Origin: Octopus vulgaris | Taxonomy: Eukaryota | Assembly (NCBI GenBank): GCA_951406725.2 | Contig: OX597814.1 | Span: 168,640,001-168,704,000, forward strand | DNA length: 64,000 nt | Direction: 5' to 3' | In this document: piece by piece, positions 37,300-51,455 of the stretch | Position numbering within the stretch: position 1 is the stretch's first letter | Layout: every line of letters begins with the position of its first letter | Made by a program: the position numbers and the translations under genes | The notes under the pieces: generated by a model | Databases searched by the model: none | What the model was told of the DNA's origin: nothing | The model's input: only the letters and a program-made list of their open reading frames with translations

Positions 37300-37600
37300 T
37301 CTTATTTTTTCTTTCTTGTCAATTGTTTCACTTCGGTAAATTCTGACTTCAGTTTCTATCCGTTGTGCAAACATCATGCAATGTACTTGACTTGGTTCAT
37401 GCTCTTTGATTTTTGGGGATTGAAACTCCAAAAGCTGATCATTATCAGAAGTGAAACGGATTTACTCCATTGTGTAAATTACAAACAACAAAAGCAATAC
37501 AATAAATTATTAGAAGGAAAATAAATCCTCCATGTGCTAATCAAGTTTTCTTCTTTCCATAAAATCGCGTGACATCTTTCTCATTTCTCCTTTACATTTT
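37300..37600 (-). pseudogene. hAT transposase relic (TTF-type zinc finger, ZMYM1-like)
   Basis: Minus strand STWRIYFPSNNLLYCFCCL*F...PKIKEHEPSQVH fits RxWLxYSxxxxxxYCFxC...HE.S..H. A hAT-like end may lie near 39015-39068. Confidence 0.5.
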
Positions 37601-37856
37601 TTAAATCGAAGTGATATCACTTCTTGTCCCCTTCACCTCAGAAACATCCCTATTCACATGCTGAACTATGGAGCTACTTTGGTGAAGTAAGATCATAAAT
37701 GTATCATCATTTATAATTTCTGGCCTTAAACCTGCATCTTTCAAGTTCATCTGCTGAGGTTTTGTCTAAACCGTTTTTCTTATTATTATGAACAGACCCA
37801 TCTTTATGTCTGTCATCTGAAATAGATGAAGAAATTATTGGAATTGTCTCCCTTTT

Positions 37857-38086
37857 TACCTGAATCATTGTGAAGGGTTTGATGACATTAAAGGTCCTAA
37901 TGGACCCTATTATCACTGTAAGCAGCCCAAAAGTTTGTCAGAAGCTTTATTAACATCTTTCGCATTCACAATACCTGAATCATTGTGAAGGGTTTGATGA
38001 CATTAAAGGTCCTAATGGACCCTATTATTACTGTAAGCAGCCCAAAAGTTTGTCAGAAGCTTTATTAACATCTTTCGCATTCACAA
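37857..38086. repeat. 115-bp tandem duplication
   Basis: TACCTGAATCATTGTGAAGG...CGCATTCACAA twice (37857 and 37972), nearly identical. Confidence 0.95.
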
Positions 38087-39143
38087 ATATAGGACATCAT
38101 CTTTTTATTGTGGAGTTCCATGTTTATTTTGATGTCCATTCCCGACATCTTACTTCAACAATGACCCTTCATTTGTTGCATTTCTGATCTTTCTGGTGTC
38201 TAAAGATGGACGTTTATGCGTGTGAATCTCTTTTTCAAACGTAATTCTAGAGAATTACAGAAGAAAATTTATTTTATCATGTCTTACTCATTTTGCCCCG
38301 CCTAAATTTGTCTTGTATATGCTCAAAGATAACAGTGATAATTTTCTGAAATAGCGTTCTGGATATGTAATAGGTTTTACTGCATTTAAAAAAGGTCTTT
38401 ACTTTGCTGATATAATTTTTGCAAGGTAGTGAACATTTGTGAAAAATATTACTCACTGTACCCCACCTGCTCCTACTGGAAACTGGAAAAGCAGATTTTC
38501 GGAAATAGCTGTTTGAATTTTCCTGTTTTTATTAGGACGTCCCCTTACTTTATTTTTCACGCATTGCAAAACAATGAAGGGAATCCGTTTTAAAAGAAGA
38601 ATCCATGTTTTTAAATATTCGTGTCTCCACCCACCTACCCCTCACACACACACACACATACACACAAACATCATGCCTTTGGAACAGCAAGAACCACAAA
38701 AAGGATTTTTTTCCCTTTCGTAATTTTCTGTCATTTTCTCTTATTCCACATTCTGAAACATTCGTAATTCGCATCAAAAGAACAAAAAATCTTACTCCTT
38801 CTCCACTTCTTTGTACTTTTCACAATGAAAGAACACCCAAATACTGCAAATGGATGTGTGAAAAATGAAATTCGAATTTTGAAAAGTGTACCTATAAAAT
38901 GACATTTTCAGTAATTTAAACTTTCTCTGCTAATTCATCAAATTCAGTTACATGAAATAGATGGGTCTTGTGATTTAAATTTGGTAATTTTCTAAGATTT
39001 CAATTCTTATGTATAAGGGGCCCACTAAACTTGAAGTGCCCCAGGATCCCCATGGTTTAAACCCCGGTCTCATCTGGAAACATGTGGTTGGGAAGCAAGC
39101 TTCTTAACACACAGTAACGTCTGCACCTATATATAATAATAAT

Positions 39144-39281
<138 letters not shown>

Positions 39282-39577
39282 AAGAAGAAGAAGAAGAAGA
39301 AGAATAAAAGCAAATGAAATAAGAGAATTAGACCAAAGCCATACAGACATATACCTTTTTTGGAATCAGGATGATCCTGGTATTGAAAATCTGCCTTTCG
39401 TTTGGTTCTTGAACATCCAGCATTGAAATCTGATTTCAAAGCATTTGGGTTGCTATTTCTAACAGGTAAAGCTTGGCTCTGATTCACGCCAGCTTGGTTG
39501 ACGTTTGTCAGATGACGTCAGGGATGAAGGGGAAGATAGGGGGAGAATAAAAGTCCGCACGAAGTGCGGCTTTAAGG

Positions 39578-39638
<61 letters not shown>

Positions 39639-39744
39639 CTCTATATATAAAATCATTATTATTAAATAAACAAAATATATTTTTATGCGAAGAAAACAGC
39701 ATTATTAACACGCCTGGTAGCTAAAAAATTCCCAAGAAATCAGA

Positions 39745-41190
39745 GAGACCACTAGGTTACAACAATGGATTAATAATTTTAGTGTAATAGATTAGTTTAA
39801 GAACCTTAAGAATAAGTATATAGCTAGATTTACTCAGTTCAATATTATAGCTTTTTATCCCTCCGTATCAAGTTCACTGTTTGATAAAACCATCGAGATG
39901 GCCAACTCACATGTTGATATAGACCCTGCAGACTTATACTTTATCATGGATGCGAGAAAAGCGCAACTGTTTAGTAAGGGCTCAGCATGGGTAAAACTGT
40001 CCGATAATGATGAATTGTTTGATGTATCAATGGGATCGTACGACAGTGCTGACGTCTGCAATCTTGTAGGTCTCTTTGTATTAAACACATTGAGGTCCAA
40101 TTACCCATCCTACAACGTTAGTCTATGCCGAGACGACGGATTAGATATTTCCAACGGCTGTGATGGTCAAACCCTAGATAAATTTAGGAAACAACTTACC
40201 TCTGCCCGCAGTCAATTGAGCCTTAAAATCCCAGTCGCTACTAATCTGTCTAAAGTTGATTTTTTTAGATGTTTTCCTAGACCTAAACTCGTCCTCTTAT
40301 AAACCTTATCATTAGTCCAACGAGAAACTTTCCTATATTCACAGTCTTGTCACCCCAGCCCCCATACTATTTAAAAACCTGATGCCAACATTAGTAGCAG
40401 AGTATCTAATATCTCTTCCTCTAAAGAAATTTTCGAGAAGGCAGCCCCCTATTACAACAATGCCCTAGCCAATAGTGGCTTGAAGGATAAATTAATATAT
40501 AACTCCTCTAAAAATAATGCGAACAATATTAATAGAAATAGACCTAAAAATAGACCTAGGTGAATAATTTGGTTAGCTTCTCCGCTTTTTCCCTTAATGT
40601 TAAAAACAACATAGGTAAAAGATTTCTGTCTCTTTTAGACAAACATTTTCCAGAAAATCACAGGTATAGGAAAATATTCAACAGGCGTTCAGTTAAATTA
40701 TCATATAGCTGCTGCCCCAGTATGAAAAGCATCATTACACGCAAACATCACCAAGAACCTACTCCCAGTTGTAACTATCGAGACCCAGGAACGTTTCTAC
40801 TCGATCAGGGATGCATGATTAAATCCGTTATATATGAAGCAGGACGCTAGATGAAAACATAATCGTAAAGAAGAGCTACACCGGGCGATGTGAAGGCGAC
40901 TTCAAACATCGTTATACCAACCACCTATCTTCCTTCTGACACAGGAACAAAAGTAAAGCCACTAAGTTAGCTAGACATGTATGGGATTTGAAGTCTAACG
41001 CCACACCACATACAATAAAGTAGAATATAGTTCAAAAGTCCACACTATATGTCAACGGATCAAAAAAATGTAAGCTATGCGTAGCTGAAAGAACACAGAT
41101 CCTTTTCAGATCTAAGAACTCTATCCCATTGCTGAATTCCAGATCTGAAGTTTTCAGCGATTGTAAATATATGGATAAGTTCCTGTAGGC
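39745..41190 (+). pseudogene. Penelope-like element RT plus GIY-YIG (Naiad-like), degenerate
   Basis: FTQFNIIAFYPSV, FDVSMGSYDSADVCNLVGL, LCRDDGL (YRDD-type), CNY..GCMIKSVIYEA, SYTGRCEGDFKHRYTNH, CKLCVAE, LLNSRSE..CKYMDKFL. Multiple stops and frameshifts. Confidence 0.9.
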
Positions 41191-41756
41191 GAATTGGAAT
41201 CCACATTTTTCAAAATTGTCATACAAGTTCTCGACCTATTGTTTTCATCAGATGCACTGAAAGATTAATGAGAAAAGACTGATCTCTCAGTTCTTTTTCG
41301 AGGTATTCACGACCGAAACCTGATAAAGTGAAGAATGCTATTGTTTTCAGTTGAAGTAACTGAGTTACGAAGACTATAAATACACATGCTAAATACTTTT
41401 CTGTCTCTTTGGATCGATCAGTCTCATGGTCAAAGGGCAACACTTCGTAGTATGTTGATCGACGTGCGAAGGTAGACCTCTTATCGTTTCTATCTATCAA
41501 TATTCTTTACACTCTTTCTTTAGCACTCGCAGAGATGAAACTAATAACTATCATACAGACTGGACTGGAGTTTACAAACAAGCTGTGTACACACAAGCAA
41601 TTGAACGAAGTTGTATATTCTTATATACTGTAACGACTAATATTATCATTATATGATAAAAATGGGTATATAATATGGCCATTTGTAACATACCAATTAT
41701 TATTTTTCTTCAAATAATATTTTTCTTCGTCATATCTGATCAGTATCATGGACATT

Positions 41757-42073
41757 GTGGAGGCGCAATGGGCCAGTGGTTAGGGCAGCGGATTAGCGGT
41801 CGGAGGATCGCGGTTTCGATTCCCAGACCGGGCGTTGTGTGTATTTATTGAGCGAAAACACCTAAAGCTCCATGAAACTCCGGCAGGTGGGGGGGGGGAG
41901 ACCCCTGTTGTACTCTTTCGCCCCAACTTTCACTCTTTCTTCCTGTTTCTTGAGTAACGCTGTGATGGACTAGCATCCCGTCCAGCTGGGGGGGACACAC
42001 ATACGCCACAGAAACCAGGAAACCGGGCCTATGAGCCTGGCTAGGCTTGAAAAGGGCGCATAAATAAAAATAA
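41757..42073 (+). mobile_element. tRNA-derived SINE (C head plus tail Y)
   Basis: Same head as 35533. Tail GATGGACTAGCATCCCGTCCAG...AAAAGGGCGCAT as in 4527. TSD ATCAT(G/A)GACATT. Confidence 0.9.
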
Positions 42074-42494
42074 ATCATAGACATTAAAATTTCATTGTTA
42101 CAGACGTAGTCAGAGGAAAGAAGTTGGCACCCTTGAACCTTCTTAAGGTCACTGTGATTGGTGAGAAGAAATTAGGAAGTTACACTTATATCGTAGAACT
42201 AAATGCTTGCATCAAACTGGACTCGGTTAAAGACACCCGAGCGCCATATAGTAGGGTTAAACTGAGTGACAGATTATTATACTACCAAAGAACAGAAATA
42301 GCCACTCTGACAGGCTTCAACGCAGTTTCCATGCAACAAATTTCACTCAAAAGCATTCGCTAGATCCGAAGTTATGGTAGAAGATACCACATTGTGAAAT
42401 CAAACCTGATCTAATTACCTAGTTGAGAAATTAAATGTTCAACCACAACCGCTATGAGTGGACAAAACAGTTTGATATCTTTCAAATCATACCA

Positions 42495-42700
42495 CGGTGA
42501 CGGTGGTGGTAGTGGTGGTGACGTTGGTGGTGGTGGTGGTGGTGGCGGCGGCGGTGGCAGCGGTTGCGGAGGTGGCAGCGGTGGCGTGGTGCGGTGGTGG
42601 CGGTGGTGCGGTGGTGGCGTGGTGCGGTGGTGGTGGTGATAGTGGTCGCAGTGGTGATGGAGGCGGCGGCAGTGGAGGTGGCTGTGACGGCGGTTGCGTT
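42495..42700. repeat. (GGT/GGC)n low-complexity tract
   Basis: Degenerate GGT/GGC triplets. Confidence 0.9.
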
Positions 42701-43152
42701 AATGGTATTGCTGTGGCTTAACCCACAAACATCTTACAGACCACACACGCACACAAGAAAAGCCATTCTGCTGATTAGCAAAGAATCACCTACTAACATA
42801 CTATAACTACCACCTCACAGATACGCACCTTCTCTCTACCACAACGGCTTCTGATCATCACATCAAGAAAGCTGTACGCACCCTTCCATCCAAGCTCATA
42901 CAATGTACACGTCCCTTTTCCTCTCATCAACAGCTTTTTATATATTTCTTTACTACCCACAAGGGGCTAAGCATAGAGGGGACAAACAAGGACAGACAAA
43001 CGAATTTAAGTCGATTATATCGACCCCAGTGCGTAACTGGTACTTAATTTATCGACCCCGAAAGGATGAAATGCAAAGTCGACCTCGGCGGTATTTGAAC
43101 TCGGAACATACGTATACATACAGCATATTCGCCCACTATCATACATCTGTAC

Positions 43153-43195
<43 letters not shown>

Positions 43196-43419
43196 ACACA
43201 CACACACACACATTCCTCCGTAAAACTGGGTCCTTGTGGAATGCCCTCCTTCCCTTACTGACATCAGCATATGATAGTTCAAACTAAACATTAATCGCAC
43301 TGATTTTTTTTTTGTCTTGGAGGGAGGACCAACGAAGGTCAAGAACTCTAGACATCCTTCCTCCATTAATTACCAATAATAAATACGTATACATACAGCA
43401 TATTCACTATCATACATCT

Positions 43420-43495
<76 letters not shown>

Positions 43496-43597
43496 ACACA
43501 TTTGTATACATTCGAATACACAAAGGCAATCAATTACGTTGTTTATAGTTGCGTATGAATTATACATAAGCAGTGATAAAATCATGCATCTACATGC

Positions 43598-43640
<43 letters not shown>

Positions 43641-45835
43641 ACGCACACGCACACGCACAACGCACACGCACACAAACACACACATACACCACACACATAC
43701 ACAAAACGAAGGAAAATGCACGGAAATGTTATGTTGTACAAAATATATTTATATTTTTTTATGAAATAAAATATTTACAAAGACTACCGGTTTTGCTTAT
43801 GCTGAACACAAACATATTCTCGTGAGTGTGTGTGCGCGTGTGTATACATTATACATACATGTACAAATTAATGCGCGAATGCAGGCAAGCACACGACAAA
43901 CGCACACAGTGAACATGCTCACATATACACAGGGTCTAGCTTACACTCACCAATTGATAAAACTGGCGATTCATCAACTCATTTTAGCTATTTGAAAACA
44001 CTATAGAGTTCTGGAACCACATAGTGTCACCAATTGATGCTGGATGACTAATGTCAGTAGAAGTTTACAATGACATACACAGGTACACATACACTTAAAT
44101 TTTGCCAGATAAGTTAACAAGGCACAATGAATATCTGGCGTACATACACACACACGCGCGTGCACGTGCAACTACACACACACAGGCACATTATTAAATA
44201 ATTACCTTCGCATGACAACACACATACACTCGAATATACGCGCTCGTTCGTATGTATGCCTCTATAGGCAAATAAAGAAATACGCCCGTTGACATTCTTT
44301 GGCGCTGCATCGAAGAAACCGAAGAGCAAAAGAAAAATAGAGTAAGAAAAAACACCAGAGCTGAAGACAACTCCGAAAGGAGACGGGGCGCCACGTCGAA
44401 AACGGGGCGCCACGTTAGAGGAATAGGGGCTGAAGCCGGACGTGGTTCTTCCTGATGATGTCTTTAGCCACTGGATCCTATAAAGGAGCTGTTGAGGTAG
44501 CGAACCACGAAACCTTTTGGAATTCCTCCTTAGTTACCGTTCAAAGCTCTATTTCAACCAAGCAGCAAATTAAGACAGCTACCTTAGCTGAAACCCACTC
44601 TTCTATAGCGTCAAAATTCGACTTTGGAAATAATTATACGTAGAATAGACTTTAGCCAGTGAAAATCATTTTTGGCTGTTTTGCTTCTAAACCCTTAATT
44701 CTATGGGATTGTAATTAACAGATGTGGAATGTCTGATGAAAAGAGATTTCTATACGATCCACGATTTACATACAGTTTTTTTAAATGTGTATGTGCGCTT
44801 CGAATGTGAATGTAGGAAGATGGAAAGAGAGAAAGAGAGTGAGAGAAGTGGTCTCCTATAATTTGTTGCTGTGGCTGTGTTGGCGTATTTTTCATATTGT
44901 GTAGTGAGAAAGGTGTCAAAATACAATTATGGAAAGATTTATGATCCTTTGATCTCTCAATGTTTAAAAGTTATTGCCCTAATTTACTCGTTTCCGTATT
45001 TTATTATAAAAGTGTGACAGGGTTTGTCATTTGATTTGATCTTTACCCGAGCCATCAGACAGAAGTTCTGTGTGATGTATTATATGTAACCGGGCGTAAA
45101 GCGGAAATGTAACAAAGTGAAATTGTTGAGTGGAAACAGAGACAATTCCTTTGTACTGTAATCCCTCGCCATACTGCGGTTTATTATTTAAGCTTACGTC
45201 GATTCCTCTGTGATGTTGTTTCGCATTTATAATAAAATAGATATATACGAATTATAATATATATATATATATATAGTCGAGGGATTGCTCTATTCAAATT
45301 TTACTTTTTTTTTTTTATTGTACAATAAGATTTTTCCATAAACTATCATTTCAGACAGAATTTGTAACAAGATAGTTTTTAATCAAGCAATAGCTTAATT
45401 TAAAACTACCATACTTGTTTTAGGTTAATATATAGTTTTGAGGATTAAGAAATGGAAGTAAATTGACCGGAAATAACGATGATGATACCCGATAAACTCA
45501 TGATATAATCAATGCATAGAACATACATATATTTAATATAATATGAAAACCAGTTTATAGTACATGTATTTTTATATTTATATAAAGTATACCTATATTT
45601 TATACAAGATGAAAGCAATTATTTCCGCTGGGTTGGAACGGTGTACTTCAGATGGTATTTCTGAAATACTTAAAATATCGGATTCGAATTTTGGCACAAG
45701 GCCAACAATTATGGGGAGAGGGTGGGCAGGTAAATCGATTTCATCGACCTCGGTGCTTATTTATGTCAGAGAACTCATCAGCTTCAAACTACTAACCTCC
45801 TTTATGTAATTCGTTTTCAAACGAAGACTGTGGAC

Positions 45836-46419
<584 letters not shown>

Positions 46420-46507
46420 CGTTTCTTTGTATATTAGTGTGTATACGCTCGCGCTCGCGTGTGCGTGTGTGATTCTGCGTGTGAATAGCCGTTATGTACG
46501 TTTAAGC

Positions 46508-47440
46508 TCACATAAGTACCTTATAAATACCTGACGACATGTGGAACAACATGAAGTCAGCAATATATGATTGTGCATCGATGGCCTTTGGAACGGATCG
46601 ACTTTCCAAGGAGGACTAGATCGAAGCCAATGCATCAATACTAATGCCAATACTTGAGAAAAGGCGCAAGAACTTCATAAAGCACAATAGAAAGCCAATA
46701 GAAAGTACAAAACAACAGCTACGTGCTGCAAAATCTAACCTTCAAAAAGAAACTAGAATATGTGCCAACCAGTACTGGGATAAATTATGCTTAGAAATTC
46801 AACAGGAGAGTGATTTGGGTTACATCAGGAAAATGTATGAGAAGATTAGAGTTGCTATCAAACCAACAGTGAGTAAAGTGGCACCTCTCAAGTCTGCAAA
46901 AGGTGACCAGTTGACGGACAAGAAAAAACAAATGGAAAGATAGGTGGAACATTACTCTAAATTGTACACAAAGGAACGAGATGTTGATAGACAGCATGAG
47001 GAGGCCATTCCTCAGCTCCCTGAAATGACAGAACTTAATATACCACAAACAGAAGAACTCTCCACTGCAATCGATGAACTTGCAAACGAAGCAGAAAAGC
47101 ACCCGGCAATGACAATATACCTGCTGAAGTGTTGAAAGAGAACAAAGATGCCCTCCTTCCACATTTATACAAGTTACTAAAGACGTGTTGGCTGGAAGTA
47201 AAAATTCCACAGGATATGAAAGATCCCAAGATCATCACTCTCTACAGAAATAAAGGGGACAAGGGAGATTGAAATAACTACAGAAGCATCTCACTTCTGA
47301 GCATCACTGGAAAAGCTTTTATGAGGATCATTCTGAAACGATTTCAGAAGCTAGCAGAAAGAGTACTACCAGAGAGCAAGTGCGGTTTTAGATCTAACCG
47401 CTCAACAATGGATATGATCTTCTCCATTCGTCAACTTAAC
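46508..47440 (+). pseudogene. RTE (BovB-like) LINE ORF2 internal fragment
   Basis: KAPGNDNIPAEVLK, IPQDMKDPKIITLYRNKGDKGD*NNYRSISLLSITGK, LPESKCGFRSNRSTMDMIFSIRQL (RT domains 0-2). Confidence 0.9.
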
Positions 47441-47748
47441 AAAAATAAAATAAAACATGCAGCAACTCTCTCAAAGGAAGAGACATTATTTTCCATTAAG
47501 GATTTATAGAACAGCTCTGAAAAAGTCGAGAATACTAAATATAAGAGAACTATCGTTTCACCAGATTACTTATTTTATAAACATAAAACCGTTTGTTTAA
47601 TTCGCATTGTCGCTTTGGAAACGGAAGCGTGAAACTTTGTATGCGATGAGCTACATATAGTACTTCTCGTTGCATATATGTGCGTGTCTGTATGTATATG
47701 TGCGCGCCTGTACATATGCATGCTTGTTTCTGTGTTATACAGTAATGT

Positions 47749-48136
47749 TGTTGTCGTGGCACTCCGTCGGTTACGACGGCGAAGGTTCCAGTTGATCCGA
47801 TCAACGGAACAGCCTGCTCATCAAATTAATGTGCAAGTGGATGAGTACTCCACAGATACGTGTACCCTTAACGTAGTTCTCGGAGAGATTCAGCGTGACA
47901 CGAGTATGACAAAGCTGGCCCTTTGAAATACAGGTACAAAAGAAACAGGAAGAAAGAGTGAGAGAATGTTGTGATGAAAGAGTACAGCTGGGTTCGCCAC
48001 CACCCTCTGCCGGAGCCTTGTGGAGCTTTAGGTGTTTTCGTTCAATAAACACTCACAATGCCCGGTCTGGGAATCGAAACCGCGATCCTACGACCGCGAG
48101 TTCGCTACCCCAACCACTGAGCCATTGCGCCTCCAC
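47749..48136 (-). mobile_element. tRNA-derived SINE (C head plus tail X)
   Basis: Reverse complement of the 35533 family. TSD ATACA(G/A)TAATGT at 47737 and 48137. Confidence 0.9.
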
Positions 48137-48916
48137 ATACAATAATGTACGTATAAGCCAAAAGAAAAAACCTGAGGCAGATATGACACGATTCAGCCAT
48201 TAAGATCTCAGTGTGTGTCCTGATGATTGAAGGTATGTTTAGTGATTATAGACTACCTTTGTGTAAACAGGGTCAATTAAATACATGAATTAAAAATTTG
48301 AAACGAGCTAATGGACATAATTCGAACATAATCAATACTGTTTTAGATTTAAAAGACAAGACACGCTCTATACATTTCCAGTGTTGATGTCTGGTGAAGT
48401 ATTGTAGCTATAAAAATAAAAGTAAACACGGTCAGGGTTTTCTTAAGAAAAATGTTATCCCCATTACGTCATTATAGAAATATTTCAAAAGATTTCTTTC
48501 TATTGAAAGCTAATCGTATTTCTCTAAATGATATATATATTAAAAAAAAAAAAAACAAAAAAAAAAACGCAAATTTCGTGACATCGTAACAGAATATTTC
48601 CTTGACAGAAAAGTGCTGATTTAAATGGTTCCGAAATGTTGGAAGATGAAAGGCTAAATAGTCCTCAGTGGGAATTGAATTCAAAATGTTGAAGGAAAAA
48701 ACTTTTTCTCCGTTTATTCTCTTCATTCTATTGAAAATTCAGTGACTTGCATTATTTATTTTTTTGTTTGTTTGTTTATAAGGGGAAACATTTGCCAAGA
48801 TACAGATCCATTTCTCTTCTATTTTTTCTTGCTGTGTTCGTCAAGTAAGATTAGCGACGTGGAATATGGAAAATATATGTATAAAAGAGTAATAATGACG
48901 GTACTATTGTCGAAAA

Positions 48917-49086
48917 ATGTAGGTGTGGCTGTGTGATAAGTAGCTTGCTTACCAACCACATGGTTCCGGGTTTAGCCCCACTGCGTGGCACCTTGGGCAA
49001 GTATCTTCTTCAATAGCCTCGGGCCGACCAAAGCCTTGTGAGTGGATTTGGTAGATGGAAACTGAAAGAAGCCCGTCGTATATATG

Positions 49087-49122
<36 letters not shown>

Positions 49123-49350
49123 AGTGTGTGTGTGTGTATGTTTGTGTGTGTGTGTGTTTGTCCTCCCAACATTCCTTGACAATCGATGCTGGACTGTTTA
49201 GGTCCCTGTAACTTAGCGGTTCGGCAAAAGAATCCGATAGAATAAGTGCTAGGCTTACAAAGAATAAGTCCTGGGGTCGATTTCCTCGACTAAAGGCGGT
49301 GCTCCAGCATGGCCACAGTCAAATGACTGAAACAAGTAAAAGAGTAAAAG
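48917..49350 (+). mobile_element. tRNA-derived SINE family A (full length)
   Basis: Aligns along its length with 29071-29445. Confidence 0.9.
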
Positions 49351-49356
49351 GATATC

Positions 49357-49577
49357 TACGAAGGGTTGCTAAAAAGTTCCTAGCTTTGGGTACAAGAAAA
49401 TACAGGAGGATCAGTTAATTATGATTTTATTCAACATATTCTCCTCTCAGGTTCATACACTTATTACAGCGGTCCTTCAGTTTTCCTAAGTCTTGTTAAA
49501 GAACTAGGAAAGTTTGGCCACCATCCAAACCTTTCGCGACATCATTAAAGCCAGGAACTTTTCAGCACCCTTTCGTA
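49357..49577. mobile_element. Mariner-derived MITE
   Basis: TACGAAGGGTTGCTAAAAAGTTCCTAGCTTT and AAAGCCAGGAACTTTTCAGCACCCTTTCGTA (TIRs with TA at both ends). Confidence 0.85.
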
Positions 49578-49594
49578 TATGTGCGTGTGTTTGC

Positions 49595-50232
49595 ATGTAT
49601 GTATGTACGCATGTATGTATGTATGTATGTATGTATGTATGTATGTATGTATGGATTATGTATGTATGTATGTATGTATGTATGTATGTATGCATGTATG
49701 TATGTATGTATGTATGCATGCATGCAAGTATGTATGTATGTAAGTATGTATGTATGTATGTTTGTATGTATGCATGTATGCATGTAATGTATGTATGTAT
49801 GTATGTATGCATGTATGTATGTGTGTATGTATGTATGTATGTATGTATGCATGCATGTATGCATGTAATGTATGTATGCATGTATGTATGTATGTACGTA
49901 TGTATGCATGTATGTATGTATGTATGCATGTATGTATGTATGCATGTATGTATGTATGTATGCATGTATGTATGTATGTATGTATGTATGCATGTATGCA
50001 TGTATGTATGTATGTATGTATGTATGCATGTAATGTATGTATGTATGTATGTATGTATGTATGCATGTATGCATGTATGTATGCATGTATGCATGTATGT
50101 ATGTATGTATGTATGTATGTATGTATGTATGTATGTATGTATGTATGTATGTATGTATGTATGCATGTATGCATGTATGTATGTATGTATGTATGTATGT
50201 ATGTATGTATGTATGTATGTATGTATGTATGC
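49595..50232. repeat. (TATG)n microsatellite with CATG variants
   Basis: ~640 bp of TATG/CATG. Similar tracts at 45938-46030 and 58860-59005. Confidence 0.95.
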
Positions 50233-50274
50233 ATAAATAGACTGTTACGGCTTGGTGTTTGAATAAATATGTTT

Positions 50275-50668
50275 GTTATTTCTTTATTGCCCACATGGGG
50301 CTAAAACATAGAGGAGACAAACAAAGACAGACAAGGGGATTAAATCGATTACATCGATCCCAGTGTGTAACTGGTACTTAATTTATCGAACCCGAAAGTA
50401 TGAAAGGCAAAGTCGACCTCGGCGGAATTTGAACTCTGAACGTAACGGCAGATGAAATACCTATTTCTTTTACTACCCACAAGGGGCTAAACAGAGAGGG
50501 GACAAACAAGGACAGGCATAGGTATTAAGTCGATTACATCGACCCCAGTGCGTAACTGGTACTTAATTTATCGACCCCGAAAGGATGAAAGGCAAAGTCG
50601 ACCTCAGACGAAATACTGCCAAGCATTTCAGTCGGCGTGCTAACGATTCTGCCAGCTAGCCGCCCTTG
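50275..50668 (-). mobile_element. Two nested or tandem SINE family B copies
   Basis: Two TTTCTTT..CCCAC..GGGGCTAAA...AAGTCGACCTC blocks, with head GCCAGCTAGCCGCC. Confidence 0.85.
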
Positions 50669-51001
50669 TATAAATATGTTTGAGTGCGCGCAGCGTGTGT
50701 GCGCGTGCACGCAGGCACGGGCGTGTCGCGTCCGTGAAACCTTTGTATTTGCTTTGAAAGTTTCTTAATGTGAAATCATGGGTTTTGCTTCAGATGTTCT
50801 ATTGTAGGTGAGTCGTTCTACCAATGATATACTCGTACTGATTATTTTTGTCAGTATTAACCAACAGGTTTACTAATTTATCAATGAATTAATGGGATGC
50901 TTCAAAAGGTTCCGACAACCAAACTGATTGATTGATTAATTGATCAAACGATTTGTTAAGCAATCGTTTTAGTTAATTAGTTCACTAGTTCGCTAATAGC
51001 A

Positions 51002-51091
<90 letters not shown>

Positions 51092-51094
51092 GAT

Positions 51095-51455
51095 GAAATA
51101 CAAGCGGTTTTTTTGAACGCCGGAGAAAAGTACTTAACGGTATTTTGTCTGTCTTTATGTCCTGAGTTCAAATTCCGCCGAGGTGGACTTTGCCTCTAAT
51201 CCTTTCGAGGTCAATAAAATAAGTACCAGTCGAACGCTGGGGTCAATGTAATCGACTAACCTCTTCTCCTCAAAACTACTTGCCTTGTGTCAAAATTTGA
51301 AGCCAATATGCTCTCGCAGGATAAAGCGGTGAGCTGACAGGATCGTTAGCACGCCGGATAAAATACTTAACGACATTTCGTCCGTCTTTACGTTCTGAGT
51401 TCAAATTCCACCGAGGTAAACTTTGCCTTTCATCCTTTTGAAGTCGATAAAATAA
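51095..51455 (+). mobile_element. Two diverged SINE family B heads
   Basis: CTGAGTTCAAATTCC(G/A)CCGAGGT..ACTTTGCC twice. Confidence 0.75.

Noticed and set aside
40760-41190. Selenocysteine recoding as reported for some Naiad PLEs
   Set aside because: Conserved Cys positions read TGT/TGC or missense codons, not TGA. The stops present look like decay.
41215-41262. Antisense CTGATGA...GAGA motif after the PLE ORF
   Set aside because: GAAA mutated, stem II mismatched and stem I unconvincing.
44493-44515. TGAGGTAG (let-7 5' end)
   Set aside because: Only 8 nt match let-7, with no compact pre-miRNA hairpin.
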